Assembly: GCA_022844165.1 (NCBI GenBank)
Contig: JALHMH010000054.1
Coordinates: 1 to 24,951 of the forward strand
Reading direction: 5' to 3'
DNA: 24,951 nucleotides
Origin: Lysobacterales bacterium
GTDB taxonomy: Bacteria > Pseudomonadota > Gammaproteobacteria > Xanthomonadales > SZUA-5
Position 1 is the first letter of the stretch; the number at the start of each line of letters is the position of its first letter. Below are positions 1 through 8,262 of the stretch, in pieces. The notes below the pieces were generated by a model. The model searched no databases. It was not told where the DNA came from and saw only the letters and a list, made by a program, of their open reading frames with translations. A program made the position numbers and the translations under genes.

Positions 1-123
1 GGCTGTTGAAGCCCCCTTAAATTAAGGGGGCGATTGAGCGCGCAGCGCTCAATGGGGGTTGTGGCAAGTACGGTGTCTGGCGAAGCCAGCAATGCTCGTC
101 GGTCTGAGGTGAAGCCTCGCTAG
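1..123 (+). repeat. Repeat element A, partial (window-truncated) first unit of a head-to-tail tandem
   Basis: Bases 1-119 are identical to 180-298 (period 179 bp). Ends ...GAAGCCTCG-CTAG, with CTAG at 120-123. Confidence 0.9.
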
Positions 124-302
124 AGTCCTTGATGGAGCTGGATCTTGTTAGTTGAGTCAAATTTCTTCGGAGCGGTTTTGGCTGTTGAAGCCCCCTTAAA
201 TTAAGGGGGCGATTGAGCGCGCAGCGCTCAATGGGGGTTGTGGCAAGTACGGTGTCTGGCGAAGCCAGCAATGCTCGTCGGTCTGAGGTGAAGCCTCGTT
301 AG
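120..302 (+). repeat. Repeat element A (short form, ~180 bp, no TIR)
   Basis: Starts CTAG-AGTCCTTGA and ends GAAGCCTCG-TTAG. Internal hairpins GCCCCCTTAA-a-TTAAGGGGGC and ATTGAGCGC-gca-GCGCTCAAT. Homologous to 3679-3852, 6028-6269, 9357-9612 and 12125-12306. Confidence 0.9.
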
Positions 303-395
303 TGTGGAGCGCCCGATGTAGCCCGCCCTTATCGCGCTGTGGATTCGGCGATAAAGGCGTGAAACGTCCGGAGTTACGCTCACCGGGCGGGCGAC

Positions 396-2672
396 TTAAG
401 CTGCGGCTTCGTCCACCACCTGTGCGACTGTGTTGGCCGCCGACGTGACCGACAATCCCTCCGCTCCGACCGACACATCGACCCGCCCTCCACTCACCAG
501 CGAACCGAACAGCAACTCATCGGCGAGTTTGCGCTTGATATGGTCTTGGATCACACGCGCCATGGGTCGCGCACCCATCAGCGGATCGAAGCCCTTGTCG
601 GCAAGCCAACCGCGAGCTGCCTCGTCAACGTGGAGCACAACGTGTTTATCGGCAAGTTGCGTTTCGAGTTCGATCAGGAACTTGTCCACCACGCGCAGAA
701 TCGTTGCCCGATCAAGGCCTGTGAACTGAATGACCGCATCAAGCCGGTTGCGGAACTCGGGCGAAAAACCACGACGAATGACTTCCATCGCATCGCTGCT
801 GTGGTTCTGTTCAACAAAACCCATGGTTCGCCGAGAAGCTGCCTGCGCGCCAGCGTTGGTGGTCATGACCAACACCACGTTGCGGAAATTCGCCTCGCGG
901 CCGTTGGTGTCGGTGAGCACGCCGCGATCCATGACTTGCAACAGCAAGTTGAATACGTCCGGATGTGCTTTCTCGATTTCGTCGAGCAACAGGACCGCGT
1001 GCGGGTGTTTTGTAATCGCCTCGGTCAACAAGCCGCCTTGATCGAACCCGACATATCCCGGCGGAGCGCCGACGAGCCGCGAGACCGTGTGCGCTTCCAT
1101 GTACTCGGACATGTCGAACCGCACCAGCTCGATACCCAGCACCATCGCCAGTTGTCGCGTGACCTCCGTCTTGCCCACGCCCGTTGGGCCGGCGAACAGG
1201 AAGCAGCCGATGGGCTTGTTCGGATCGCCCAACCCTGAGCGCGACATCTTAATCGCACTGGTGAGCACTTCGATCGCCTCGTCTTGCCCGAACACCACCA
1301 TTTTCAGGTTGCGATCGAGGTTCTTGAGCACGTCTTTGTCGGAAGCGGAGACGTGTTTCGGCGGTATCCGCGCCATTTTCGCGACGATGTACTCCACTTC
1401 TTCGGTGTCGATGATCCGTTTGCGTTTATCTTCGGCCATCAATTGCTGACGGGCACCCGCTTCGTCGATGACATCAATGGCTTTGTCGGGCAAAAAGCGG
1501 TCATGAATGTGTTTCACGGACAGATCGACAGCGGCTTTGAGCGCTTCTGGCGCGTACTCAACCTGATGATGCTCTTCGAATCGGCTCTTCAAACCGCGCA
1601 GAATTTCAATCGTGTCGGCTACCGTCGGCTCGGTCACATCGATTTTCTGGAAGCGGCGCGTGAGCGCACGATCTTTCTCGAAGATGCCGCGAAACTCCTG
1701 GAAGGTGGTCGAGCCGATGCAACGCATCTCGCCAGAGCCGAGCAGCGGTTTGATCAAATTGCTCGCATCCATCACGCCGCCGGACGCCGAGCCGGCACCG
1801 ATGATCGTGTGGATTTCATCGATGAACAAAATGGCCTTGGGAATCCGCTTGAGTTCAGCCATCACCTGCTTCAAGCGCTTCTCGAAATCGCCGCGATACT
1901 TGGTGCCTGCGACCAACGCTCCAAGATCGAGCGAGAAAATCTCCGCGTCTTTGAGCACATCGGGCACATCGCCTTCAACAATGCGCTTGGCCAAACCCTC
2001 AGCCAGAGCCGTCTTGCCGACACCGGCCTCGCCAACGTAAAGCGGGTTGTTTTTGCGCCGACGGCACAGCACCTGGATGGTGCGTTCGATTTCGTCGGCC
2101 CGACCGATCAGTGGGTCGATTTTCCCTTGTTTGGCAAGTTCGTTAAGATTGCTCGCATAGATGGCCAATGCGCTCTGCTTTTCGTTCTCGCCCCCGGCTT
2201 CGCCTTCATTGCGCTCTTCGGGACGGCTCGGTTCTTGCGCAATTTTTGCGATGCCGTGCGAGATAAAGTTGACAACGTCCAGGCGCGTGATGTCTTGCTT
2301 TTGCAGCAGATAAGCGGCGTGCGAGTCCTTCTCGCCAAAAATCGCCACCAGCACGTTGGCGCCTGTCACCTCTTTTTTGCCGGACGATTGCACGTGATAC
2401 ACGGCGCGCTGCAATACCCGCTGAAAACCCAGGGTGGGTTGCGTGTCGCGCTCATCGTCGGTCGGCAATACGGGCACGGTCTCTTCGATGATTGAACGCG
2501 TTTCGTCGTTGAGCTTTTTGATGTCGGCGCCACACGCTCTGAGCACTTGCGCGGCGGAGGGGTTTTCGATGAGCGCCAGCAATAGATGCTCCACGGTCAT
2601 GAACTCATGCCGCTTGGCTCGTGCCTCTTTGTAGCTCTGACTGATCGTCAGTTCGAGATCTTTGCTAAACAT
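396..2672 (-). CDS. clpA: ATP-dependent Clp protease ATP-binding subunit ClpA
   Basis: 758 aa. N-domain HEFMTVEHLLLAL, two Walker A motifs (GEAGVGKT, GPTGVGKT), RFDMSEY, no ClpB coiled-coil insert, directly downstream of clpS. Confidence 0.97.
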   Translation of the reverse strand: MFSKDLELTISQSYKEARAKRHEFMTVEHLLLALIENPSAAQVLRACGADIKKLNDETRSIIEETVPVLPTDDERDTQPTLGFQRVLQRAVYHVQSSGKKEVTGANVLVAIFGEKDSHAAYLLQKQDITRLDVVNFISHGIAKIAQEPSRPEERNEGEAGGENEKQSALAIYASNLNELAKQGKIDPLIGRADEIERTIQVLCRRRKNNPLYVGEAGVGKTALAEGLAKRIVEGDVPDVLKDAEIFSLDLGALVAGTKYRGDFEKRLKQVMAELKRIPKAILFIDEIHTIIGAGSASGGVMDASNLIKPLLGSGEMRCIGSTTFQEFRGIFEKDRALTRRFQKIDVTEPTVADTIEILRGLKSRFEEHHQVEYAPEALKAAVDLSVKHIHDRFLPDKAIDVIDEAGARQQLMAEDKRKRIIDTEEVEYIVAKMARIPPKHVSASDKDVLKNLDRNLKMVVFGQDEAIEVLTSAIKMSRSGLGDPNKPIGCFLFAGPTGVGKTEVTRQLAMVLGIELVRFDMSEYMEAHTVSRLVGAPPGYVGFDQGGLLTEAITKHPHAVLLLDEIEKAHPDVFNLLLQVMDRGVLTDTNGREANFRNVVLVMTTNAGAQAASRRTMGFVEQNHSSDAMEVIRRGFSPEFRNRLDAVIQFTGLDRATILRVVDKFLIELETQLADKHVVLHVDEAARGWLADKGFDPLMGARPMARVIQDHIKRKLADELLFGSLVSGGRVDVSVGAEGLSVTSAANTVAQVVDEAAA

Positions 2673-2789
2673 TGGGCCTTCCGTTCCTCTAGCTCAAACG
2701 TGATCCCCAGGAAACTTTCCAAAACCAGAACGAAGTTGTGACGCTTATCGTTCGATCGTCCATCTTCCGTTACTGCCCCGCCGCCAACC

Positions 2790-3110
2790 CTACGCCTCTT
2801 CCATCGCACATAACAACGGGTGTTGATGCGCGCGCGAGAAGGCGTTTACCTGCGTTACCTTCGTTTCTGCCACATCGCGCGTGAAGATGCCACAGACGCC
2901 ACGCCCCTGCGTGTGCACATGAAGCATGATGCGCGTAGCATTTTCGCGCGACATCGCGAAAAACGTCTCCAGGACAATCACCACGAACTCCATTGGTGTG
3001 TAATCGTCGTTCAACAGGAAGACCTTGAATAGCGGCGGCGTTTTCAGCTCCGGCTGGGACGCCTCCGCGACGACGCCCAAGTCCTCCATTGGATCGTTTT
3101 CTCGACTCAT
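2790..3110 (-). CDS. clpS: Clp protease adaptor ClpS
   Basis: [13 protein letters not shown] and HPLLC motifs. Start moved to ATG at 3110 (106 aa) because the longer ORF extends into repeat element C. Confidence 0.95.
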   Translation of the reverse strand: MSRENDPMEDLGVVAEASQPELKTPPLFKVFLLNDDYTPMEFVVIVLETFFAMSRENATRIMLHVHTQGRGVCGIFTRDVAETKVTQVNAFSRAHQHPLLCAMEEA

Positions 3111-3289
3111 GCCGCTCGCATTCTGACCAGGTTTGATAGGGTGACTGATAAGGCCGTATGTGAATTCTTGCGTCCAGCCGTTCTCCGTGCGGCTTCGGGT
3201 CCTCGCCCCTGTAACCTCAAGGGTCGTGAGGATCGTTCTTCGTCTTGCGGGACCACCAGCGATGCTTGTAAAACCGAATCGACGTGTCT

Positions 3290-3449
3290 CTAGCACGTTG
3301 TTGAGAAACGCACTTCCTGTGCGCTTCTCAAGTCGCGAGTCCGGCACATGTCCGGACTCGCTCTCCATGGATCAAGCACTTACGTGCTCGATCCATGTGC
3401 GAACCATCCATGGTTCGCGCCCGCAGGCTGTTTCTCAACAGCCTGCTAG
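3290..3449. mobile_element. MITE-like element C (TIR-bounded, CTAG at both ends)
   Basis: CTAG at 3290-3293 and 3446-3449. 16-bp TIRs match 14/16 (CACGTTGTTGAGAAAC vs revcomp CAGGCTGTTGAGAAAC). Internal hairpins GCGAGTCCGG..CCGGACTCGC (3335-3361), CATGGATC..GATCCATG and GCGAACCA..TGGTTCGC. Only one copy in the window. Confidence 0.7.
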
Positions 3450-3682
3450 TGTGGTGTTCCGCAATGACCTTGAACTATTTCCGCGTCTTTCGACCCCATG
3501 CAGCGTTGCTTCTCGTCGCCATAGAAGAGCTATGTCGTCCGGCCCGGCGGCGCAGCCGCCGGTCGTTCAAGTCGGCTCGCGGCATGCCGCGAAAGCCACC
3601 GACTTTCACCCTCGTCGCGCCTTGCCTGACGCCGAAATCCATCGGAAATATTGTTCAACTTAGTTACGGAACACCACACTAG
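3446..3682. mobile_element. MITE-like element B, copy 1
   Basis: TIR CTAG-TGTGGTGTTCCG ... CGGAACACCACA-CTAG. Near-identical to 12303-12539. Confidence 0.85.
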
Positions 3683-3852
3683 CGAGGCTTCGCCTCAGAC
3701 CGCCGAGCATTGTTGCCTTCGCTCGGCAGCGCACTTGCCACAACCCCGCGCGCTTCGCGCGCGCCCTTGACTCAAGGGGGTTTCAAAAGCCAAAGCCGCT
3801 TCGTAGAAAATTTGACTCATTTGTCGAGATCAGTCTCCGTCAAGGACTCTAG
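3679..3852 (-). repeat. Repeat element A (short form, reverse orientation)
   Basis: Reverse complement reads CTAG-AGTCCTTGACGG ... GAAGCCTCG-CTAG. Shares CTAG 3679-3682 with element B. Confidence 0.85.
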
Positions 3853-3891
3853 TATATCCAGCAAAATGCGGAAGCCAGATGAAGTGACGAA

Positions 3892-4332
3892 GTGGTGACT
3901 GGGAGTTCATATTTCAATCGCCCTCGATTGACGGTTGCGACGATTGTTGCGCGCGATGGGCGCTTTTTGATTGTCGAGGAGCGCGATGGCGTGCTCAACC
4001 AACCAGCAGGGCATGTGGAATTCGGCGAGTCGTTGCTCGCAGCCGCCGTCCGCGAGTGTCTGGAAGAGAGCGCGTGGCGAGTCGCTCCGCGAGCGCTGCT
4101 GGGCGTTTACGCCTCGGCGCAGCGCGATGCGCATTACGTGCGGATCGCACTGATCTGCGATGCCATCGAACACACAGGGTCTGCGCTCGATTCAGACATT
4201 GTCGCAGCACATTGGTTGACGCGCGATCAGATCCTGGCCCACCACCTGCGGCCGCGCAGTGAGCTGACGCTGCGTTGTATCGACGACTTCCTGGCTGGTC
4301 AGCGTTTTCCATTGGCGGCAGTTGCGCTATGA
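3892..4332 (+). CDS. nudJ: NUDIX hydrolase (NudJ-like)
   Basis: TVATIV..GRFLIVEE, NQPAGH and Nudix box GESLLAAAVRECLEES. Stop overlaps the mnmA start (ATGA), as in the conserved nudJ-mnmA pair. Exact GTG start uncertain. Confidence 0.85.
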   Translation: MVTGSSYFNRPRLTVATIVARDGRFLIVEERDGVLNQPAGHVEFGESLLAAAVRECLEESAWRVAPRALLGVYASAQRDAHYVRIALICDAIEHTGSALDSDIVAAHWLTRDQILAHHLRPRSELTLRCIDDFLAGQRFPLAAVAL

Positions 4333-5411
4333 ACGAGCGCGTGTTGGTTGGCCTTTCCGGCGGCGTGGATTCATCGCTGTCGACATGGCTTCTGAAACAG
4401 CATGGGCGCGATGTAGCCGCGTTGTTCATGAAAAACTGGGAGGAAGACGACAGCGACGCCTGCCCGGCCGAGACCGATGCACAGGATGCGCGTCGTGTGG
4501 CGACTGCGGTCGGCGTGCCGTTCTTTGCACGCAACTTTGCGGCTGAGTACTGGGACGGCGTGTTTGAGCACTTCCTCGCTGAGTTGCGACGCGGCCGGAC
4601 GCCGAATCCAGATGTTCTGTGTAATCGCGAGGTCAAGTTCAAGACGTTTATCGAACAAGCGCATGACCTGGGTTATCCCAAGATCGCCACGGGGCACTAC
4701 GCCCAACTGCGCGAGCGTGACGGACGATTCGAGTTACTGCGTGGTGCCGACCCCGGGAAGGACCAGAGCTACTTCCTCTATGCGCTCGATCAATCGCAAC
4801 TCGCGGCGACCGAATTTCCGATCGGGCACCTGCAAAAAACCGAGGTGCGCGCAATGGCAAAACGAGCCAACCTGCCAACTGCCGGCAAGCGCGACTCGAC
4901 GGGCATTTGTTTTATCGGCGAACGTGCCTTCGACCCCTTCATCCAGCGCTATCTGGGTATCTGTCCGGGCCCCATGATGACTCCAGAGGGCAAGTGTGTC
5001 GGCGAACATCGCGGATTGCACTTTTACACGCTCGGTCAGCGCGGCGGACTGGGACTGGGCGGTCGACGCGGCGGCAGCGGCGATCCCTGGTTTGTCATCG
5101 ACAAACGTGTCGTCGACAACACCTTGCTCGTATCCCAGGGTGAGCATCCTCTGCTGTATTCGCGCTGCGCCACAGCAATCGAAGCGCATTTCATCGCCGG
5201 CACGGCGCCCTCAGGGTCGTTTCGCTGCATGGCTAAAGCGCGCTATCGACAATCCGACCAGCCGTGCACGGTGAGCGTCGAGAACCGTACACTTCGCGTT
5301 GAGTTCGATACGCCGCAACGGGCACTGACGCCAGGCCAGTCGATCGTGTTCTATGACCAGGAAGTCTGCCTTGGCGGAGCGATCATTGATGAGATCGACC
5401 GCAGCGCTTAG
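4329..5411 (+). CDS. mnmA: tRNA 2-thiouridine(34) synthase MnmA
   Basis: SGGVDS PP-loop, TPNPDVLCN, ATGHYA, KDQSYFL, DSTGICFIGER, YTLGQR and TPGQS. ATG at 4329. Confidence 0.97.
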   Translation: MNERVLVGLSGGVDSSLSTWLLKQHGRDVAALFMKNWEEDDSDACPAETDAQDARRVATAVGVPFFARNFAAEYWDGVFEHFLAELRRGRTPNPDVLCNREVKFKTFIEQAHDLGYPKIATGHYAQLRERDGRFELLRGADPGKDQSYFLYALDQSQLAATEFPIGHLQKTEVRAMAKRANLPTAGKRDSTGICFIGERAFDPFIQRYLGICPGPMMTPEGKCVGEHRGLHFYTLGQRGGLGLGGRRGGSGDPWFVIDKRVVDNTLLVSQGEHPLLYSRCATAIEAHFIAGTAPSGSFRCMAKARYRQSDQPCTVSVENRTLRVEFDTPQRALTPGQSIVFYDQEVCLGGAIIDEIDRSA

Positions 5412-5998
5412 GGAAACAACGCGCGTTTCCGCCACTCGCCTTCGCATAGTTCGTAGCGCAGCCGGTCATGCAAACGAAACTCGCGCCCACGCCAAAACTC
5501 GATCATGGTGGGCACAATCCGAAAACCCGACCAATGCGGCGGGCGAGGCACATCCTGGCCCTCGAAACGCTGTTCAAACTGGCGCACGCGCTCCATCAGC
5601 TGCTCACGGCTTTCCAGCGTTTGCGACTGTTTCGATGCCCAGGCGCCGATTTGCGACAGGCGTGGGCGCGATGCAAAATAGGCGTCTGCCTCGCAATGCG
5701 TCACCGCTTCGGCCAGACCTTCGACGTTGACCTGAACCTGCTTGTCCAACGCCTTCCAAAGAAAGGCCAAGGCACATTGCGCGTGTTCTCGCAGTTGTTG
5801 CCCCTTGTTGCTCTCGCAATTGGTGTAAAAGACAAAACCTCTGCCGTCCAGTTCTTTGAGTAACACCACGCGCGCCGAGACCTTACCCTGCGCGTCTGCC
5901 GACGCCAGCGTCATGGCCGTCGGCTCCGGCTCTCCGGCTAAGGTTGCAGCGGCGAGGGTTTCGCGGAATGTGGTAAAGGCTTCGAAAAGCAAAGACAT
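5408..5998 (-). CDS. pdxH: Pyridoxine/pyridoxamine 5'-phosphate oxidase
   Basis: EPTAMTLA, RVVLLK, FYTN, SRPRLSQIGAWASKQS, PPHWSG, EFW and RLHDR. 4-bp convergent overlap with mnmA. Confidence 0.96.
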   Translation of the reverse strand: MSLLFEAFTTFRETLAAATLAGEPEPTAMTLASADAQGKVSARVVLLKELDGRGFVFYTNCESNKGQQLREHAQCALAFLWKALDKQVQVNVEGLAEAVTHCEADAYFASRPRLSQIGAWASKQSQTLESREQLMERVRQFEQRFEGQDVPRPPHWSGFRIVPTMIEFWRGREFRLHDRLRYELCEGEWRKRALFP

Positions 5999-6027
5999 GA
6001 TGATCAGCGATCGATGGGGAAGAACGT

Positions 6028-6269
6028 CTAGAGTCCTTGAGGGAGCCGGACCTTGTCAATTGAGTTGAATTTTTTCGAAGCGGCTTTGGCTTTGGCAGCC
6101 CCTTAAGTTATGGGGGGGGTGAGACTCGACGCTGACACGCCGCAGGCGTGTGTCGAGTCGAACGCCAGCGGCTGCGCCGCTGGGCCGGAAATCCGAAGCG
6201 CGGGTTGTGGTCAGTGCGGTGTCGAACGAAGCCAACAGTGCTCAACGGCCTTAGGCCAAGCCTCGCCAG
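6028..6269 (+). repeat. Repeat element A (long form containing module D at 6123-6189), diverged
   Basis: CTAG-AGTCCTTGA at 6028 and AAGCCTCG-CCAG ending at 6269. Overlaps the last codons of the epimerase gene. Confidence 0.8.
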
Positions 6270-7063
6270 GCTTGAGCCGCCAGCATGGCGGCGTAACCTT
6301 GCTGATATGAAGAATACGCTGGCCGCCAACCGAGGGAACGGGCGAGTGCGTTGCTGACGCGTTTGCCTGAGGGCGATTCGCAGACAATGGGCAATTCTGG
6401 CAACCCCATCGCTGCCGCGAGCCATGCCAACACTTCGGCTTCGCTTGAGGGCGCGTCATCGACACCATTGACGATTGGCGGCACGTTGTCTTCCAGCAAC
6501 CTGACACACAACGCCGCTGCATCGTCGACATGGATGCGGTTGGTGAAGTGCTGCGCCCGGGCCGCCGGCTCGCCACGGCGCAATCGACGCAGCAGCATCT
6601 CGCGCCCCGGGCCATATATTCCTGCCAGCCGCACACAGCGGCCATCGGGCGCGGCAAGAGAGATGCCTTCGGCTTCCCTGAGCACGCGGCCATTAAAGGT
6701 ATTCGAGTGGACCACCGAGGCCTCATCGACCTCCTGGCCACCATCGGCATATACGGCTGTACTGGAAACGAATAACCAACGTGCGCAGCGCACGTGGTCG
6801 CGCAAGCGCTGCTGCGCCAGTATGTAGATGTCACGGTAGCCGATTTCATCGCGGCTCGATGGCGTCGCGCAGTACACAACGGCGTCGAATCGGTTCGGCA
6901 GATCTCTCGGATCGCCGCGCAAATCGGCTTGGATCCGCTCAAATTCTGCTGGCAGCATTTCGGCACTGCGGCGCAATCCGACGACCTGATCGCCGCGCGC
7001 CGCCAGCCTCAGACCAACAGCGATGCCCAGCTCACCGCAGCCAGCGATCAGGATTCGCCTCAA
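6251..7063 (-). CDS. NAD-dependent epimerase/dehydratase (atypical SDR, YeeZ-like)
   Basis: ILIAGCGELG Rossmann motif, FVSSTAVY, RLAGIYGPGR and TNRIHVDD. Likely TTG start at 7063 overlapping the xrtH stop (TTGA). Confidence 0.88.
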   Translation of the reverse strand: MRRILIAGCGELGIAVGLRLAARGDQVVGLRRSAEMLPAEFERIQADLRGDPRDLPNRFDAVVYCATPSSRDEIGYRDIYILAQQRLRDHVRCARWLFVSSTAVYADGGQEVDEASVVHSNTFNGRVLREAEGISLAAPDGRCVRLAGIYGPGREMLLRRLRRGEPAARAQHFTNRIHVDDAAALCVRLLEDNVPPIVNGVDDAPSSEAEVLAWLAAAMGLPELPIVCESPSGKRVSNALARSLGWRPAYSSYQQGYAAMLAAQAWRGLA

Positions 7064-7581
7064 GCCACCACCGCTGCGCTCTTTGCCTGAGCGGCCAGAC
7101 GCTGGTCCCTGGATATCCATCGCAACCACAGCAACCAGACAATCAGGGCATCAATGATGATCAACGCCTGCCACAGATAGAGGTGGAACCATTCGAACCA
7201 GACCATGCTCCACTGACCCATATAGAACAAGCTGATGATGCGGACCAGATTGAGCGCCTGGATGGCCAGAAAGCCGACAATGAAACCAGCAATCTTCTGC
7301 ATCCATGTCGACGGAAACGCTGCCAACGCGGCAATCAGAATGATGACCGCCTCGATGCCGTTGCAGCCGCGCTCGATCGAGACCGCAAATCCATTGGCGG
7401 TGCTCTGAATGATCTTGCCATGCGCAATCACTTGATCATCGAACAATAAGATGATCCAAGAGCTGATGCGCGCCAATAAATCGGTAAACGGAATGACCAG
7501 CCAGGTCTCGCCGAAAGACGAGATTTCGAATGCGAACAAGGCGATCAATACGCCCATGAAAACCGAGAAGAAGCGCAGCAT
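7060..7581 (-). CDS. xrtH: Exosortase H (IPTLxxWG-CTERM-specific type)
   Basis: 173-aa polytopic membrane protein with the exosortase triad: Cys (SIERGCNG), Arg (NLVRIISL) and His (FHLYLWQAL). N-terminus MLRFF is typical of XrtH. Confidence 0.85.
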   Translation of the reverse strand: MLRFFSVFMGVLIALFAFEISSFGETWLVIPFTDLLARISSWIILLFDDQVIAHGKIIQSTANGFAVSIERGCNGIEAVIILIAALAAFPSTWMQKIAGFIVGFLAIQALNLVRIISLFYMGQWSMVWFEWFHLYLWQALIIIDALIVWLLWLRWISRDQRLAAQAKSAAVVA

Positions 7582-7722
7582 GCCGATCGCTAGCCGGGGA
7601 GACGGCCGCGGATTCTACCGATTCGATGTCGATCGACCCTGAACGCGAGGCACGCGTGACCAGAACGACTGTGAACAACTTTGTTGATGCGTCGATATCG
7701 GCGACTCCGCTACCATCCGCCT

Positions 7723-8262
7723 ATGAGTTTCGAACGCATCTTCATGATCGGTCCCATGGGCGCCGGCAAGAGCACTGTCGGCAAGCGCGTGGCGCGGCGA
7801 CTGGAGTGGACTTTTGTCGATCTCGACAAGTGCATCGAACTAGAGGCCGGCGCCTCGGTTGCATTGATTTTTGAGATGGAGGGCGAAGCAGGATTCAGAT
7901 CGCGCGAATCTGCGGCGCTGGCGCTTCAGGCGCAAAAGTCGCGTGTCGTCGTTGCAACCGGCGGCGGTGCCGTATTGGCGCCACAGAATCACGCAACGCT
8001 CCGTTCCGGCGTTGTCGTTTATCTGGAAGCCACCGTCGAACTGCAACTGGAACGACTGGCGCGCGATCGCAGCCGCCCACTGTTGCAAACGCCGGATCGC
8101 GCCGAACGCCTGCGTCTGCTCGCGGAAGCACGCAATCCGATCTATGGCGCGCTGGCTGACGTCCGCATCGCTGCCGATCGATTTGGACCAGGCCCTACGG
8201 CCGGGCGTGTATTGGCAGCACTCGTACAACGCTATCCGGAGTATTCGATCCATGCGACTTGA
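7723..8262 (+). CDS. aroK: Shikimate kinase
   Basis: GPMGAGKS P-loop, EGEAGFR, ATGGG and RPLL. ATG at 7723, upstream of aroB. Confidence 0.96.
   Translation: MSFERIFMIGPMGAGKSTVGKRVARRLEWTFVDLDKCIELEAGASVALIFEMEGEAGFRSRESAALALQAQKSRVVVATGGGAVLAPQNHATLRSGVVVYLEATVELQLERLARDRSRPLLQTPDRAERLRLLAEARNPIYGALADVRIAADRFGPGPTAGRVLAALVQRYPEYSIHAT

Noticed and set aside
540-2495. Long plus-strand ORFs opposite clpA (232 aa, 403 aa), and 22231-22959 opposite the transposase
   Set aside because: These are antisense shadow ORFs expected from codon bias in GC-rich genes.
3160-3898. ORFs overlapping elements A/B/C (also 17-271, 9357-9740, 12200-12704)
   Set aside because: Their mutual similarity comes from the DNA repeats. 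Frames and ends differ between copies and no protein motifs are present.
6123-6189. Module D as a hammerhead ribozyme (CTGA...GAA)
   Set aside because: CTGACAC does not fit CUGANGA, there is no GAAA core, and the B-borne copies lack CTGA.
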